A stretch of DNA of 64,000 bases from Novakomyces olei. Lineage: Eukaryota. Location: contig JADEYG010000007.1 in the NCBI GenBank assembly GCA_016906335.1, positions 992,001 through 1,056,000 of the forward strand. The letters run 5' to 3'. Below the pieces are notes generated by a model that made no database searches, was not told where the DNA came from, and saw only the letters and a list, made by a program, of their open reading frames with translations. A program made the translations under genes and the position numbers. Below are positions 13,349 to 26,534 of the stretch, one piece after another. The stretch's first letter is position 1. Each line of letters begins with the position of its first letter.

Positions 13349-13807
13349 AATTTTACTGCTTGTTATGTTTTAATCTTTTCTTTTTTCGAGCTCACTAAAG
13401 AGTAAACAGAATCAGATGAAGTTTGTTCGATTGTAATCAAAGGCGATACCGGTCATGCCATTGGCAAATGAGCATGGCTTTCTTGAAGTTAGTTATGGGA
13501 TTCTGTGTCTTCTCACAATTTATTTTATTATTTTTATTTCTATTTTCATTGTTTTTTGTCTTTTGGTTTTAAGGCATGTTGGTAAATGACCAGCATAATA
13601 TATATATCCAGGCGTGGCTGCATTTCGTTAATGGGTTTAGGTTTAATATCAAAATTTTGTACAGTATAGATAGATTATTAGGTTACTGGCCGTTCCAAAC
13701 ACAAAATATCTATAGACATTTCACCCTATAATTAATCTTGTACAGTGATGAGAAATAAAAAGCAACTAAACAAGGCCTACTTCGAGTTTTGTTTGAAACC
13801 CAAACGA

Positions 13808-14906
13808 TCATGCTTCAAGTCGTTTCCGAGACATTGGAAGCTTTAGACCTCTACGCCAAAACGATTTTTGAAAAGATGCATTGTTTTGTTCCTCTGTCTC
13901 TTCACCATCAGCGGAATTAGCAGTCCGACGGCCTTTCCCGCCCAATGTCTTTTCTGACCCATACGAATCAATATCGTATCTGTCGACATGGCGGCCTAAG
14001 CAATACCCTGGGTGGCAAATGGCGAGAGAAAGAGCAGCAAGAATAATTGGTAAAGCATCAAGACCGTACAAGTATCCCTCATTAGTAATCAACTCGCCAG
14101 ACCAGCCCTGGGCTAGCTCCACAAGACGGTATACAGCCCGAGTAAAGAGCATCAGAGAAGCAAAAAATAGAGCATAAACAAATCTCTTCGTCTTGGGAGC
14201 CAATTCCATACGGACAGGGGGCTGATTAGAGGGATTGTCCCCCTGCAAACTATTTACGGCAGCATCGGCAGCATCGGCACCAGCGGCTGGTGATTTGAAT
14301 TCCCTCTGCAGACGACGGTACCGCCAAGCCAATCCCATAAGCGATAGAGTGAAAAGAGAAATGGCCAGCACTTGTACTCCGATACCGCCCGCCATTACAT
14401 CGGCACCAGTCCGAGTCGACCGGTCTTCCTGTGCCGCGTAAGAGGCATTTGCACCTCCAATTGCTTGAATTACAAGAGATATAACGTCAACGGACGTAAA
14501 AAAGGCTCCATAAGCCCACGGGGGAACCAATGATACACGGCGGCCAATGTGGAGTACAAGATCGCCGGAAAATATAAACATTGCGGCCGACATAAAAGAG
14601 GGAGCAATAATCAAGGACACTGATTGATAAGCACGAAGATCCAATAAAATCAAAAGCCAATTGAAGGCAATTACCTTCTTGTGCAAGGTAGGCATTGAGG
14701 TTATTCGGCTGCGGCCACCGAACTGCTCTCGCAACAAAACCGGCAAACTCGCCTCCAAAACAAAACATAAACAGAATCGAAAACGTCAGCTGCCGATACC
14801 GCACCATCAGCGTTAGAAAGAAAATTATCAGCAGGCCCCACACGGTGCTGAACATAATGCTCCACCCGTAGGTAGGCACGGGCGCCACATCTGATTGCTT
14901 TGGCAT
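13808..14906 (-). CDS. RTA1/RSB1 family lipid-translocating exporter-like membrane protein
   Basis: GGEFAGFVAR, IIAPSF, DVISLVIQAIGG, RAVYRLVELAQGWSG, YGLDALP; one intron. Confidence 0.9.
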
Positions 14907-16030
14907 TGCTGTCGTGCCTGATGATTATTTACATGTATCATGTCTATATATATTATCTATAACAATTTCTCGTCTAATTAAATATTCTTTGGCCAATATT
15001 ACACGAGTAATGGCCCGATCTAATCGGTCCTTTATATTTACGGTAGGATTATTGCTGTTTTGTTTTTATATTTTTGTATTTTTAAATATATATATTTTTG
15101 TTATTAGCGTGGTTTATTCTTTTCTCGTATGCGTCAAGATCGTATTTGACCAGTATTTGTTAGGGAGCCAATAGGCAAAGACAATTAAATTCGTTATCCA
15201 TTATCACATGACGGACTGAAACCCTACCGAAACAGCATGGATGCTGACAATCTTACATTGGATTTTCTAGTACAATTTATGATGGCATTTATCAACTGCA
15301 GCTCGGTTTCATTCACTCGAAGACAAGTGCCAAGACGAGCATGATTTGGTTAAATTAGCAATTGCTTATTTCAAATTAAAAATCGATTTCGGCTACCCGA
15401 GAACTCGTTCGGTAATCGGCCAAATTTGTCTCCGAAAGCGAGCGTTTTTCCGAGTAGGCGCTATCTATTTCAAGTATAACACTAGATTATGGGTTATAAA
15501 GCAAATTATTCGGCGCGTGACACAATACTGTAGCACGTGGAAATTAATATACTTAGTGAAAAGAATATTAATTAAATTGATATCCAAGAATAGACGAGAC
15601 CGGCAAATTCTGTTACGGGGCCCGTGGACGTAGCAGCGATTCTCTAATTTTTCAGTATAATTAAAACACGCTAGCTTCCCCAGTATAGCACTTGCAATTT
15701 TAGTACTTGGAACCACTCTAGAATCACAGCCATTAATACAATAAGCAGCAATAAAAGTGCAAATTTCTTAAAAGGCAGACATTTACGTTGATTGGCACAT
15801 AGCGTCGGAATTGAATACACAGCTGCCATTTACTCGACCGTGCATTTTTAATTATCTAGTCTGTCCATTTTGTTTTGTTCTGTTCTGTTTTGGATTGTAT
15901 TATTTTATTATTTGGAATAACCTGTATTTTATTGATATCGTACTTTTTTGATAGACAATAATGATAAACTACACATGATAAAAATTTAAATAATTTATTG
16001 ACAGCAACCAGGCTGGTCAAAATAGTCGCT

Positions 16031-19000
16031 ATGCCAAACTTATCGGCTTCCAGGGCTGTCGAGGCCGATTCAGATTCGGACCTCGATATCAGCTCAGCCT
16101 TGTTTCCAGCTGGACCTTCTACCGGCAAGCGTAAGCGGACGAACGAGTCTGGACCCGCAAAATCGATGGGCAAGGCGGACACAATGATTCCTAATCTTGC
16201 TGAAGATGAGGACAGCGGTGAAGATGAAGATGGAGACGCAAATTATATTGCCACCACTATGGAGGCGGCCAATAGAAAAACTAGCGGAAAAAAAGTGAAA
16301 GCATCTGGCGGTTTTCAATCTATGGGTAATCGATTTTTTAAACTTCTAGATAATAATGCTCATTTCTTCAGGGTTAAGCATGAATGTGATCAAGGCTATA
16401 AAGTCCAAAGGATTCAAGATCCCTACGCCAATTCAGCGCAAGACTATACCCGCTATTATGCACGGTCGCGATGTTGTAGGAATGGCGCGCACTGGTTCGG
16501 GTAAAACTGCTGCTTTCGTGATACCTATGGTGGAAAGGCTAAAGTCCCATCGCGCTCAGGTATGTGCCTAAGCTTTTTGTCTTTAAAATCTAATTTTTTT
16601 ATTTTAAACACGCTATTTTATGATGAGATATCGTTTCCCGCATCCATCTAGCTGGGTTGATATTGATTAGATGAATTTAGCAGATTTTTCCCTTGTCTTC
16701 TCTGTCCGTATGCTGATACTTACAGACTGGGATACGTGGACTCATACTAAGTCCAAGCCGTGAACTTGCTTTACAAACACTCAAGGTCGTCAAGGACTTT
16801 ACAAGGGGCACAGATCTCAAAGTTGCATTAGTGGTGGGCGGCGATAGTTTAGAAAGCCAGTTTTCTTTAATTACAAGCAATCCTGACATGTGAGTGTCAA
16901 TTTTTTGTCGTTTTCATTGTTCCCTTCTTTTCGATGAACTATTATATATTTCATTCACAAAACATTTGTGTATTAACGCATAGTGTTGTTGCAACGCCTG
17001 GACGATTCCTTCATCTCAAGGTAGAGATGTCTCTTGACCTAAGCTCTATGGACTATGTGGTCTTTGACGAGGCAGACCGACTTTTCGAGATGGGGTTTGC
17101 GGTTCAATTAAACGAAATTCTGCACGCATTACCACCCCAGCGACAAACGTCTCTTTTTTCCGCAACTCTTCCACACAGTCTAGTTGAGTTTGCAAAAGCA
17201 GGTCTTCAGGATCCTGCTCTCATCCGTTTGGATGTAGATAGCAAAATCTCTGCAGAGCTGCAAAGTGCTTATTTCTCTGTAAAGTCGTCTGAGATTGATG
17301 GTGCTCTACTTTTCGTGCTACAGAACGTGATCAAATTAAAACCGGCAGCTTCGTTGCTCGAGAAGTTTGGAGGTATACAAGACGATGAATACGAATGCGA
17401 AGACGATGATGACGATAATTCAAGAGGCAAGAATCGGTTTCGTCGGCCGAAAATTTCACGAAAAGAGTTTCGAAAACAAAAGCGAAGAGAGGGCGGAGCA
17501 ATGCCCGAGACACTATCCTCAGATGCGACCATAGTATTCGCGCCCACTAAACATCATGTAGAGTATTTGACGCTACTGCTTTCTGTTGCGGGTTATGCAG
17601 TTTCACAAAGTTACAGCTCCCTTGATCAAGCAGCACGACGAGTGCAATTGCAAAGGTTTCGTGCTGGTCGGACAAATGTGCTAGTTGTGACCGATGTGGC
17701 CGCCCGCGGAATCGATATCCCCATCCTATCTAACGTTATAAACTATGATTTTCCCTCGCAACCAAAAGTATTTATTCACCGAGTAGGCAGAACTGCTCGA
17801 GCTGGCCGGACGGGATGGGCTTTTTCTCTTGTAAAAGCCGAGGACTGTGGGTACTTGATCGATGTACAATTGTTCCTGGGCCGAAAGCTCACTGGTGCCG
17901 TAGACACAGAGGTAAAGCCAAACTATACGAGTGATATTGTCCTGGGATCTTTACCTCGTGAAGGAGTGGAGAGGCTGAGTGAATGGGTATCGCAGGCACT
18001 AAGGGAGAATATAGAGCTTGAGAACTTACGTGGCGTCTGTGGCCGCGCTGCTAAGCTTTACAATAAATCCCGGTCAGCTTGTTCAGCGGCCAGCTCGAAA
18101 CGAGCTAAAGAAATTGTGCAGAGTCAATTGTGGACACTGACAAATCCTCTTGTTCAAGAGGAAGAAGGCAGTTCTGCTTCTCAAGGTTTAAGAGAACGCG
18201 AAAGTATGCTGGCCAGGCTGGCACGGTTCCGGCCTAGTGAGACCATATTTGAGATTGGTAATCGTGGAGTTAAAGCGGGAGACGCGGCAGATGTTGTTAG
18301 AGAGAGACGCAGTAAAATTGTTCCAATTGCTGCTCCCGCAAACCACACGGGGCCCGTTTCTGTATCGGGAGCTGTTCCGGATGGAGGAGAATTGGAAAGC
18401 CTTCCCGCCTCGGATAGAGTTGCCGCTTCAGTTCCAGGCGCGAATGCGTACAAGGATAAAGAATTTTTCATTGATCACTATGCACCAAACGTTGCCGAGG
18501 AGGCCGGTTACAGTGTACGAGGAGGCTCTAAATCTCACGACTCGAATGGCTCCTTTACCGAAAGTGCTCAGGCAGCAATTTTGGATTTGACTGGCGACGA
18601 AACTAATATTGGAGCTCGCCAACGAGCTGCTTCACAGTCCACACAGCGTTGGGACTCGAAAAAGCGGGATTGGGTACGTGTGGCAAATGATTATGATGGA
18701 TCTCGTGGGCAACGGTTCATTCGCAGTGAAAGTGGAGCCAGAATTCCGGCCACTTTTAAATCTGGCCGTTATGAAGATTGGAAATCTGGAAAACGTAGAC
18801 GGACCACTGCTGACAATAATGAAGGAGGATCATCAGCAACGTCTGGAGCTGTTAATGGCTTTAAGCATAACCGTATTCAAGCGCCAAAGGCAGCAGATAA
18901 GGCGAGAGACGATTATATTGTTCGGAAACGACGACTAGCTGAGGCCAAAGACAAGGGAATAGGCGTGCGTGCGCCCAAGAGCGACCTAAAGACGGCCGCT

Positions 19001-19081
19001 ACTATACGTAAAGAACGTATACAAAAAGACAAACGACGCGAGAAGAATGCAAGACCGAGCAGGAAGCGAAAGGATGTTTAG
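16031..19081 (+). CDS. DBP10: DEAD-box RNA helicase DBP10 (60S biogenesis)
   Basis: [27 protein letters not shown]10 C-terminal motif [18 protein letters not shown]; 3 introns. Confidence 0.95.
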
Positions 19082-19472
19082 AGGACACAAATAAGTATGT
19101 TCTCGGTTTTATGGAGTTGCTGGGGTCAGGGTTTTACACTAAAACGTTAGTACATAAAGTATAAAAACTGAAGATCGAGGAACTATAATGTAAACGTTGG
19201 ATTCGTTACACTTGTTTTATATTTTCATGATTCATCATCTATAGGTATCATATTACTATTTTGCAATTCTATTCCGTGCGCTTAGCGTCTTTTTCAATAT
19301 AAGCAGCGCAGCCTTTGAAATGGCTCATTTTGTGAATGTTGTGCTTGAGCAAAATTTTAACATGATGGCAATGAATGCTCATTTCGCCTAGCTATAATTT
19401 GAATAAATATATAGCAATCTAGACAAAATAGATATAAACAAAAATCAGCACTCAAAGCCTTGGATTTGGCGC

Positions 19473-20614
19473 CTACTCCCTCCCGCACCTTTCCATCCCC
19501 TCGTCTGTCAATTCCCGCGCAGGCCTAAACGTACCATCTGGCCTCTTTAACGCCGGGTTCTTGTGTGTATCAAGTTGGCCACCTAAAGAAGTATACCTGT
19601 ACTTGTTAGCACACACAAAAAGTAAAATAAATAAGTTTTTATTTGTTTATTAATTAAAACCACGCTAATGCTTATTCTTGTGCGCTTATTTGCCAAGAAC
19701 GCTTTTCTTCTTTTATCCCTTCTTCTTTTTATTTTTTTTTCTTCTTCTTTTCCATATATCCCTTCAATCTCATCCAATCCTACCCTTCGTCGTATAATGA
19801 ACAGTATTCAATGCCAGCAGCGGAAATGAACGCCCACACATCGGAATAAGTCCAATCGATAACGGGATGAACCCGTACAAAAGCGGGCCACCCACGATCA
19901 GTCGCATCAAAGTGGGATAGATTGCGTCCATGCGGATCATTGCGTCTTGTGCCCACTAAAATTGCCCGTACTTTTGGGTGGCCTTGCAAAAAACGAGCGA
20001 AAGCGGATTTTAATCCTTGTGAGCCGGAGACTGCTTCCGTGTCTAGAGAATACTTTGAACAGCTTTTGTGTACAAACGCTGTTAGTTCCGTAAAAGGACT
20101 TGTTGCCGCCTCAACGTAGACTGTCCGTACTTTAGGACCCCACCAATTTGGGCGGGCTGATCTGCCCTCGTATAAAGCATATGCCAATAACTCCAAGACT
20201 ACTTGACAATCTTTGCCTCCATTGTAGGAGAAAGCCAATTCTTCTGGACTGTTTGCGATCGTTAGTAAATTTAAGAGCCATTTTCATTTATTTTTATTTT
20301 CGGATCGACAATTTGATTCTGAGCCTGCGCTCAAGTCTTGTTTCTAATTAATTTTTTCTTGCTATACTCCGAATTGCTTTCGCCTTTGCCCCTCCTTCTT
20401 CCGAGCACATTGTTTTCAACTTTCAAATTTTGTGACATTTTCCTGACTTTGCAAACGACCCATACCTGTATCGGTCCAATGTTTCGCGCAAAACTTGCAG
20501 CGATTGCTGAACTTTTTCTAATAACGCCGGCGGCAGTGCGTCAGATTTAAGGAGCGGACAAATGCGCTCGTACGCAGACGCATAAGCATCTGCATTCTCT
20601 ATGCCATTTTCCAT
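19473..20614 (-). CDS. FAD1: FAD synthetase (PAPS reductase family)
   Basis: FSYNGGKDC, VGTRRNDP, HPVIDW, YCSLYDEG|YTSLGG, ERCGR; 2 introns. Confidence 0.9.
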
Positions 20615-20846
20615 CCTCTGTGCTTCATTACGTTCCTAATCTTTTATAGCGTCTGCGCCAATCCAATATCTTTATTATTAAAAAGAATAAAGATAAACAA
20701 TAGAAGGGTATTATATAAAGGAAGAAAGAATTATAACTCTGTAAGAATTATAACGAATTGTAGAGCACAATATTTAGCGCTTATTACTCGATTTATTCAA
20801 TTTCTGGCATAAAATACACAGACTGCCGAATTTATTACAAATCTAG

Positions 20847-21025
20847 TACAGATTTATTACAGATTTATTACAGATTTATTACAGATTTATTACAGATTTA
20901 TTACAGATTTATTACAGATTTATTACAGATTTATTACAGATTTATTACAGATTTATTACGGATAATTACAGATAATTACAGATAATTACAGATAATTACA
21001 GATAATTACAGATAATTACAGATAA
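20847..21025. repeat. Compound minisatellite (TACAGATTTAT)n followed by (TACAGATAAT)n
   Basis: About 10 copies of an 11-mer, then about 6 copies of a derived 10-mer. Confidence 0.95.
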
Positions 21026-21065
21026 CAGATTAATTTATTTCAAATTCACAATTGCGCTCGTTGCA

Positions 21066-21818
21066 ATGTCTCGAGAAGCCCTGGAAAATGCCTTATCAGG
21101 CACACTGGCGGGCTCACTAGAGCTGGTGGCGAGTGGGTGCTACGATCTGGTGTTAGCGCGAATTTTTCCATCATACTTGACCCATTCGCGGCTATTAGAA
21201 TTGCAAACGGAAATGCGTCGGCCTTATGCTCACCCGTTAAGGTGCGGCCTTCGCTTTGGGGCCTTCAACGTAGTACTAAAGCTAATGCAGAAAGACTATC
21301 CCGGAGGCAGTCAGTTTGTGACTTTTGGTACGAGTGGAGCAGTTGGTGGATGGTTGGAGATGCGAGCTGCTTCACTATTTCGAGCAATGCCTTCAATGTA
21401 CGTAATTGAGCAGCAGCAATCGAGCTTGAAGACGTATGTGAGCACACTGAGACCCACACTGGCCCATTGTGGAGCCATGTTTATGGGGTTTGGCGTCTAT
21501 GGCTACGTCCTGGAAAAGTGGGGGTCTGTAAGAGAAAAGTGGGGGTCAAAGTGGGGGTCTGAGCGGGGGTCTGAGCGGGGGTCTGAGCGGGGGTCTGATG
21601 AGGAGCCCTCGCAGACTCGTGCACCTTTTTCTCACCATTTTTGCGCCGGCGCAGTGGGCGGTGCCTGCAGTGCTTTTTTTGTTGCCCTTGGCCGCTCAAG
21701 CAGTTTACCGCCCACAAGTATTATTGAAGCGTTTTGGGCAGCGCCACGTGGTGCGCTCGCTTTTGGCACTGTGATTGGATTCCAATCGTTTTTTGCCGGC
21801 CTGCTAGAGTCGGTATAG
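21066..21818 (+). CDS. Degenerate mitochondrial carrier (SLC25)-like protein, intronless
   Basis: Three GxxxG-rich odd helices (SGTLAG, SGAVGG, AGAVGG) and even-helix patterns (LRFGAFN, FGVYGY, APRGALAF); signature motifs eroded; internal 12-bp repeat encoding GSER. Confidence 0.55.
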   Translation: MSREALENALSGTLAGSLELVASGCYDLVLARIFPSYLTHSRLLELQTEMRRPYAHPLRCGLRFGAFNVVLKLMQKDYPGGSQFVTFGTSGAVGGWLEMRAASLFRAMPSMYVIEQQQSSLKTYVSTLRPTLAHCGAMFMGFGVYGYVLEKWGSVREKWGSKWGSERGSERGSERGSDEEPSQTRAPFSHHFCAGAVGGACSAFFVALGRSSSLPPTSIIEAFWAAPRGALAFGTVIGFQSFFAGLLESV

Positions 21819-21983
21819 TCTGGGGACAAAATAAAAATAAAGGGGAAAATGGAAAATAGCACACAGTTCAGCATTATAGAGTGTACTACACGTTCCTGTA
21901 TATTAAAGGGTCAAATTGTTTGTTGATTATTATGAAAAGGTAAATGCTGTTTGCTGGCCATGCAAGTGTAATATGGATTTGAC

Positions 21984-21984
<1 letters not shown>

Positions 21985-22075
<91 letters not shown>
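21985..22075. repeat. (CAAT)n microsatellite between convergent genes
   Basis: Directly visible. Confidence 0.95.
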
Positions 22076-22076
<1 letters not shown>

Positions 22077-22112
22077 TCATCATTTGATAGTAGTAGAAAT
22101 ATCATGTTGTCA

Positions 22113-24522
22113 TTACCGGCACGTCTCTGCAAACGACCAAACTGCGAGCCGGGCAAAACTGGACTTTATGTCACGCACAAGACAATAATTTCTTCTGCCT
22201 AAAACAAACCGGGATTGCCTTAGTGCATCAAGAGAAAGGCAGACTATCGCTGTACTTTTACCAGCCCTCAGATTGAAAGCAGACCGAAGGCAATACCCAA
22301 TGACCCCCACCTGCCCAGGTGGGCGAGGGTACTGGGCAGAATCGGGACTTGTATGCGCTGAGACTGCCGCCCGCCATACCCCCACTTCCCCGACAGGCAA
22401 ATAGTAGACTCGTGCCCCCACATCGGGGCATCCACGGCCTTCCAACTGCAATGTTGCTAGAAACACATGATGTTTCAAAGTCGGTGGGGTATAAATATTA
22501 CCCAAATCCTCACACAAAAGCTCTTGAGCCTCTTTACTCGAGATCCAAGTGGGCTGCTGCTCAGATTCGTATTGGCTTACAAACGGAAGGAGAAAGGGAT
22601 CATTCACCAATTCCGGTTCGCCCAGTTTCTCCAGTAATTTTCCCATTGCGGGCCGTTTAGCCGGTGGCCGTCTCAGCCATTCCGCTTTAGATTGATCGGC
22701 AATCTCCCTCTGTTCAACAGCCCCGGCAACTGTGCCAATAAAATCATGGGGAAAGCAGGGTTGGCCCTGCTCAAGAGCTAGCTGCTTCCAATTTTCAAGG
22801 CCTCCAAACCTCACACCGGGCACATGCATTAAGCAGAGGAAAAAACAGCTGACCCATTCCCACGGTAGCAGCATTGTCCAGCCACCCCATTTCCGGGCTA
22901 CGAATAAGGCGTGAACAGTAGCATCACGCTCTTGAGGCAAATGCTGTATTCGTGCTTTTTGCACAAGGCTTTGCGGGAGCTTTGCCTTGACCGTGTTCCG
23001 CAGCTGAATCGGATCAGTGAGCATGCTGAAGGATACAGGTGTTTGTGTCGACAGGACAGTGTGTGAGCTAGAGCAAGCGCCAGAACGTGTGGGGGCATTG
23101 GGGTCAGTGTTATTAGTGGGGGTATTTTGGCGAAAATATAGCCTGGGATCCGACAAGGCAGCAGATAAAACAGTACCACAAGGTACTGTCCTTACGTCTG
23201 GAAGCACAATATTGCAAGTCTTGTTCTCCGACTTTGAGACCAGCACCTTTTGCAGACTTGTAGCAAGACCTCCACCCAGAATATCGATTGAACCCAGTTC
23301 ATAGCGTAAATCCAGCATCTCTACGCTAGTCTTCTCCCGGCACAATGCAACTTGTTTCCATACAGAGACATAAGCCGCTGGATGAAGTCGTAAAAGAACG
23401 CTTCTTAGCTGTCCTTCATTATCATGCTCATCTTTCTGCTCAGGATCCCAGAAAATCAGGGCCGGACAAAGCGGGAGCGGCTGCCCCGTTTGCTCGTGCC
23501 TCTGGTATATCATTGCCTCAAAACTCTGCTTGCCCTGAGTGTAGCGTTCCCCACCTGCTGCATTTTTGCCAAAGCAAAGACGGCCTAAAACAACTTTGAG
23601 ATCTGGTTTGGGGCCCGTGAGCAAAAGAGAACAGTAGAAGGAATGATCAAAGAGGATAGTGCTATGCATAGAGGCTCGGTGAGTAGCACGATATGATTTC
23701 TCTGAAGGCTTTAGCGGTAAAGCATAGCCCCACTTTACCACCATTTTTGCTCGTTTTGCTAGCCATAAATGTGTAGGCAGCCAAACTTTAAGAGTCTGTC
23801 TGCGAGCAAACTTGCCTTTGACCAAACGGACACGCGAAAGTTTGGGCACAATCTGACCAGCGTCAATGATCTGTTCCATTTTTCCTAGTTTGCGTAAACG
23901 AGCCATTGTAATCCGCCGGGACAATTTTTTGCCCACAACTGTGGGCACTCTAGCACGGCCTGATTTACGCTGAGGATCGCCTGATTTGTGCTGAGGATCC
24001 ATCTGGAATAAGAATTAGGACCCAAAAACAAAAACACAATAAAAAAGAAATTCAAGCTATAAATAAGAGCCTCGTGAAGAAGCACAAATCCTGCAACGAT
24101 CGTGAACGAGAAAATTCTTCTATGTTAAATATACACGCATCAATTACCTCTCGAAGTGCCCGTTTGCGCAGCCGTTTAGGTAGCAATTTCACATTGTGGC
24201 TCGAAGCCCTTCGGCGAAGGTATCTAGGCACATCTTGGAACGCGCGTTGAGCGGCCGATTCCCTGTCTATTAGAATACAATGAAGTCGCTACTTCAATAC
24301 TTTGATTGCTTAATCGCATTCTGCAATGCCGTAATCTCGAATTGCCGTGCACGCACAAAGCTGTCTAAATCGAGCGCATCTGATTCCGCTTCACCTTCTA
24401 AATATTAGATTGAAAAAACACCACAACATGCCATTCTTTTGTGTGGCAATAAAGCGCGCTTCGCGCAGCTTTGCGCGTTTTTTGGCTGCGCCACTCAAAT
24501 TGGAACCGGCCGAACGTTTCAT
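22113..24522 (-). CDS. POP1: RNase P/MRP subunit Pop1
   Basis: FVRARQFEI, LRRRASSHNV, WLPTHLWLAKRAKM, POPLD PCFPHDF...RRPPAKR; 3 introns. Confidence 0.9.
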
Positions 24523-24658
24523 GCAAAGATCATTCTTGCTCCAGACTACACGCAACAAGTTTATCTCTAATCTTTGATGTATAAATTCAAGCAATTAAGA
24601 ATATATAAGGCAAATTTCCGTCACATAGCATAATCTGAATACTTATGGTCGATTCATA

Positions 24659-24732
24659 GGGGTCGTGGAACAGTTGGTTAGCTCGCATGTTTTGCATACA
24701 TGAGGTCGTGGGTTCAAATCCCACCGGCTCCA
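24659..24732 (+). tRNA. tRNA-Ala (anticodon UGC), intronless
   Basis: Acceptor GGGGTCG/CGGCTCC-A with the G3:U70 Ala identity pair, anticodon arm CATGT-TTTGCAT-ACATG, T-arm GTGGG-TTCAAAT-CCCAC, downstream T-run terminator; one A:C mismatch in the D-stem. Confidence 0.95.
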
Positions 24733-25211
24733 AATTCCTTTTTTCAGTATAACATTTTTTTGCTTTTAAACTCAGGGTTTTGTATCCGTTCTGGTATAAT
24801 GTTTTGTGCAATATTGTCTCAAATTATGACCGACCGAATGTTTTTAATATATATAAATGATTTTCGATTATCTTTTCGTAATATGCTGACGCGCACACAC
24901 GTTTGAAACCATGAAGTACGCGCGCCAATGTACTGTTGATAATGTAATGTTAAACACGTTCAAAAAGTTATATAGTGTTAATTGATATCAAGCAGCAAAA
25001 CATTGGCTGTTTGATTGTGTGGCTCGAGTCTTTTGATACTGCTGTTTCGTATTATATACTTATCCTCGTACACAATACGCGCTTTATCACGCAAGGTGCC
25101 GATTGGAACAGACTTTATATGTAAATTTAACAATATATTGTTTATTAGCTATAATAAAAGGAGACTCATACAGCAGCGAGTCTTGGTAGACCACGCGAGT
25201 CGGTCGGCGTA

Positions 25212-26418
25212 ATGAGGTTTCTTCGCCGACGGAACGAAGAGCCAGATGTGCCAGAAACGTCGCTCGTACAGCCATTGACCTCAAAGGACTTGTGTTGGGA
25301 TCTCAGTATCCACAATTTGACTACACAATACAAAGCTATATACTTTGAGTTTGACGATGGGTCTTCCGGCTACTGCCAATTCGCCTATGGCAATTTAGGG
25401 TAAAGCAGACACGAGATTCGTGTCTAAAACAAGAGGGCTTTATAAATGGACAAAATGCGCTCGTAAATAGGAGACTCTTAAACCGTTTTAATAACTATTT
25501 CTAACTCTTAGTCTGCTGGTAAAGGTGGCACCGCTTGGCTACACGTTCTATAAGCAGGGCCATGAGCCCGTTATAGCGTCAAGCACTTACCTTGCACGCT
25601 CCATGTCGTTTAGCAACGACAATTATTCTGTTAAAATAGGAAAGCACGCGCTCGAAATCGATGAGACGGGCCGCTTTCACGCGATTATCGACGACGCCAA
25701 GATATATTACGATATGACTGTTCAATTTGATATTACGCGCGGACACAAATTTAGAGACTTTGGCCATCATTCGAATACTCATTATACCCTCCATAAAACA
25801 ATCCCAAACGGACGCGTCTCTGGTGTTTATCGGTACCCTGGCGAGGAAGAAAAGCATGTTAGCGGTGTCGCCACTTTTGTTGAATGCATTTTCACTAATG
25901 AAAAATTTACAAATCTCGGGCACACATGGAACAATTTTATTTTTGCAAATTTAAGCAATGACGACCAATTGCATTTGCTACAATACATTCCCCGTTACGA
26001 GCCTTCAACTGGCACAAAAAAGGCATTTGGAAGCATTTTACTGTCGGGAAAAGTGTTGAATGCAACATTTGATAAAGTTGAAGCTCAGCATTTGGAGACG
26101 CGTGTTGACCCTGACAGCGGGTATCATATTCCCACATTAATCAAGTACATTTGGCAGGGAACGCTTCGAGACACGGGTGAGCGGGTCGACGCCTGGCTTG
26201 AATGCCATTTGGGCGAACAAAAATCGACAACTGACGTGCTAGAAATCTTTCCAAAGTGGGCTAAAGATATTGTGAGTATCTGGGCAGGAATGCCTTATGT
26301 TTTTGTATGGATAGACAAGGCAACGCTATCCATACAAATTGGAGACAGGCCGGTTAAGCAGCTTCATGGGGTAGCGTACCATGAAATCACGTTTGTACAT
26401 AAACCGAAGGATCTGTAA
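25212..26418 (+). CDS. Svf1-like (lipocalin-type beta-barrel) protein
   Basis: YFEFDDGSSGYCQFAYGNLG, WNNFIF, DPDSGYHIPTLIKYIWQG, DVLEIFP...PYVFVW, HEITF; intron ~25401-25511. Confidence 0.75.
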
Positions 26419-26534
26419 CTAGATTATGTGTAGAATATTCTGGTTTCAACAAACACGGTTTTCAGAATAACAGAGTTGCACACATGATCATAACATATAT
26501 GTAAATTAAAGAGAATATTATATTCCCCACAAAT

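Noticed and set aside
20847..21025. Repeat array as CRISPR-like or telomeric
   Set aside because: No spacers, eukaryotic context, AT-rich unit at an internal position; it is a simple minisatellite
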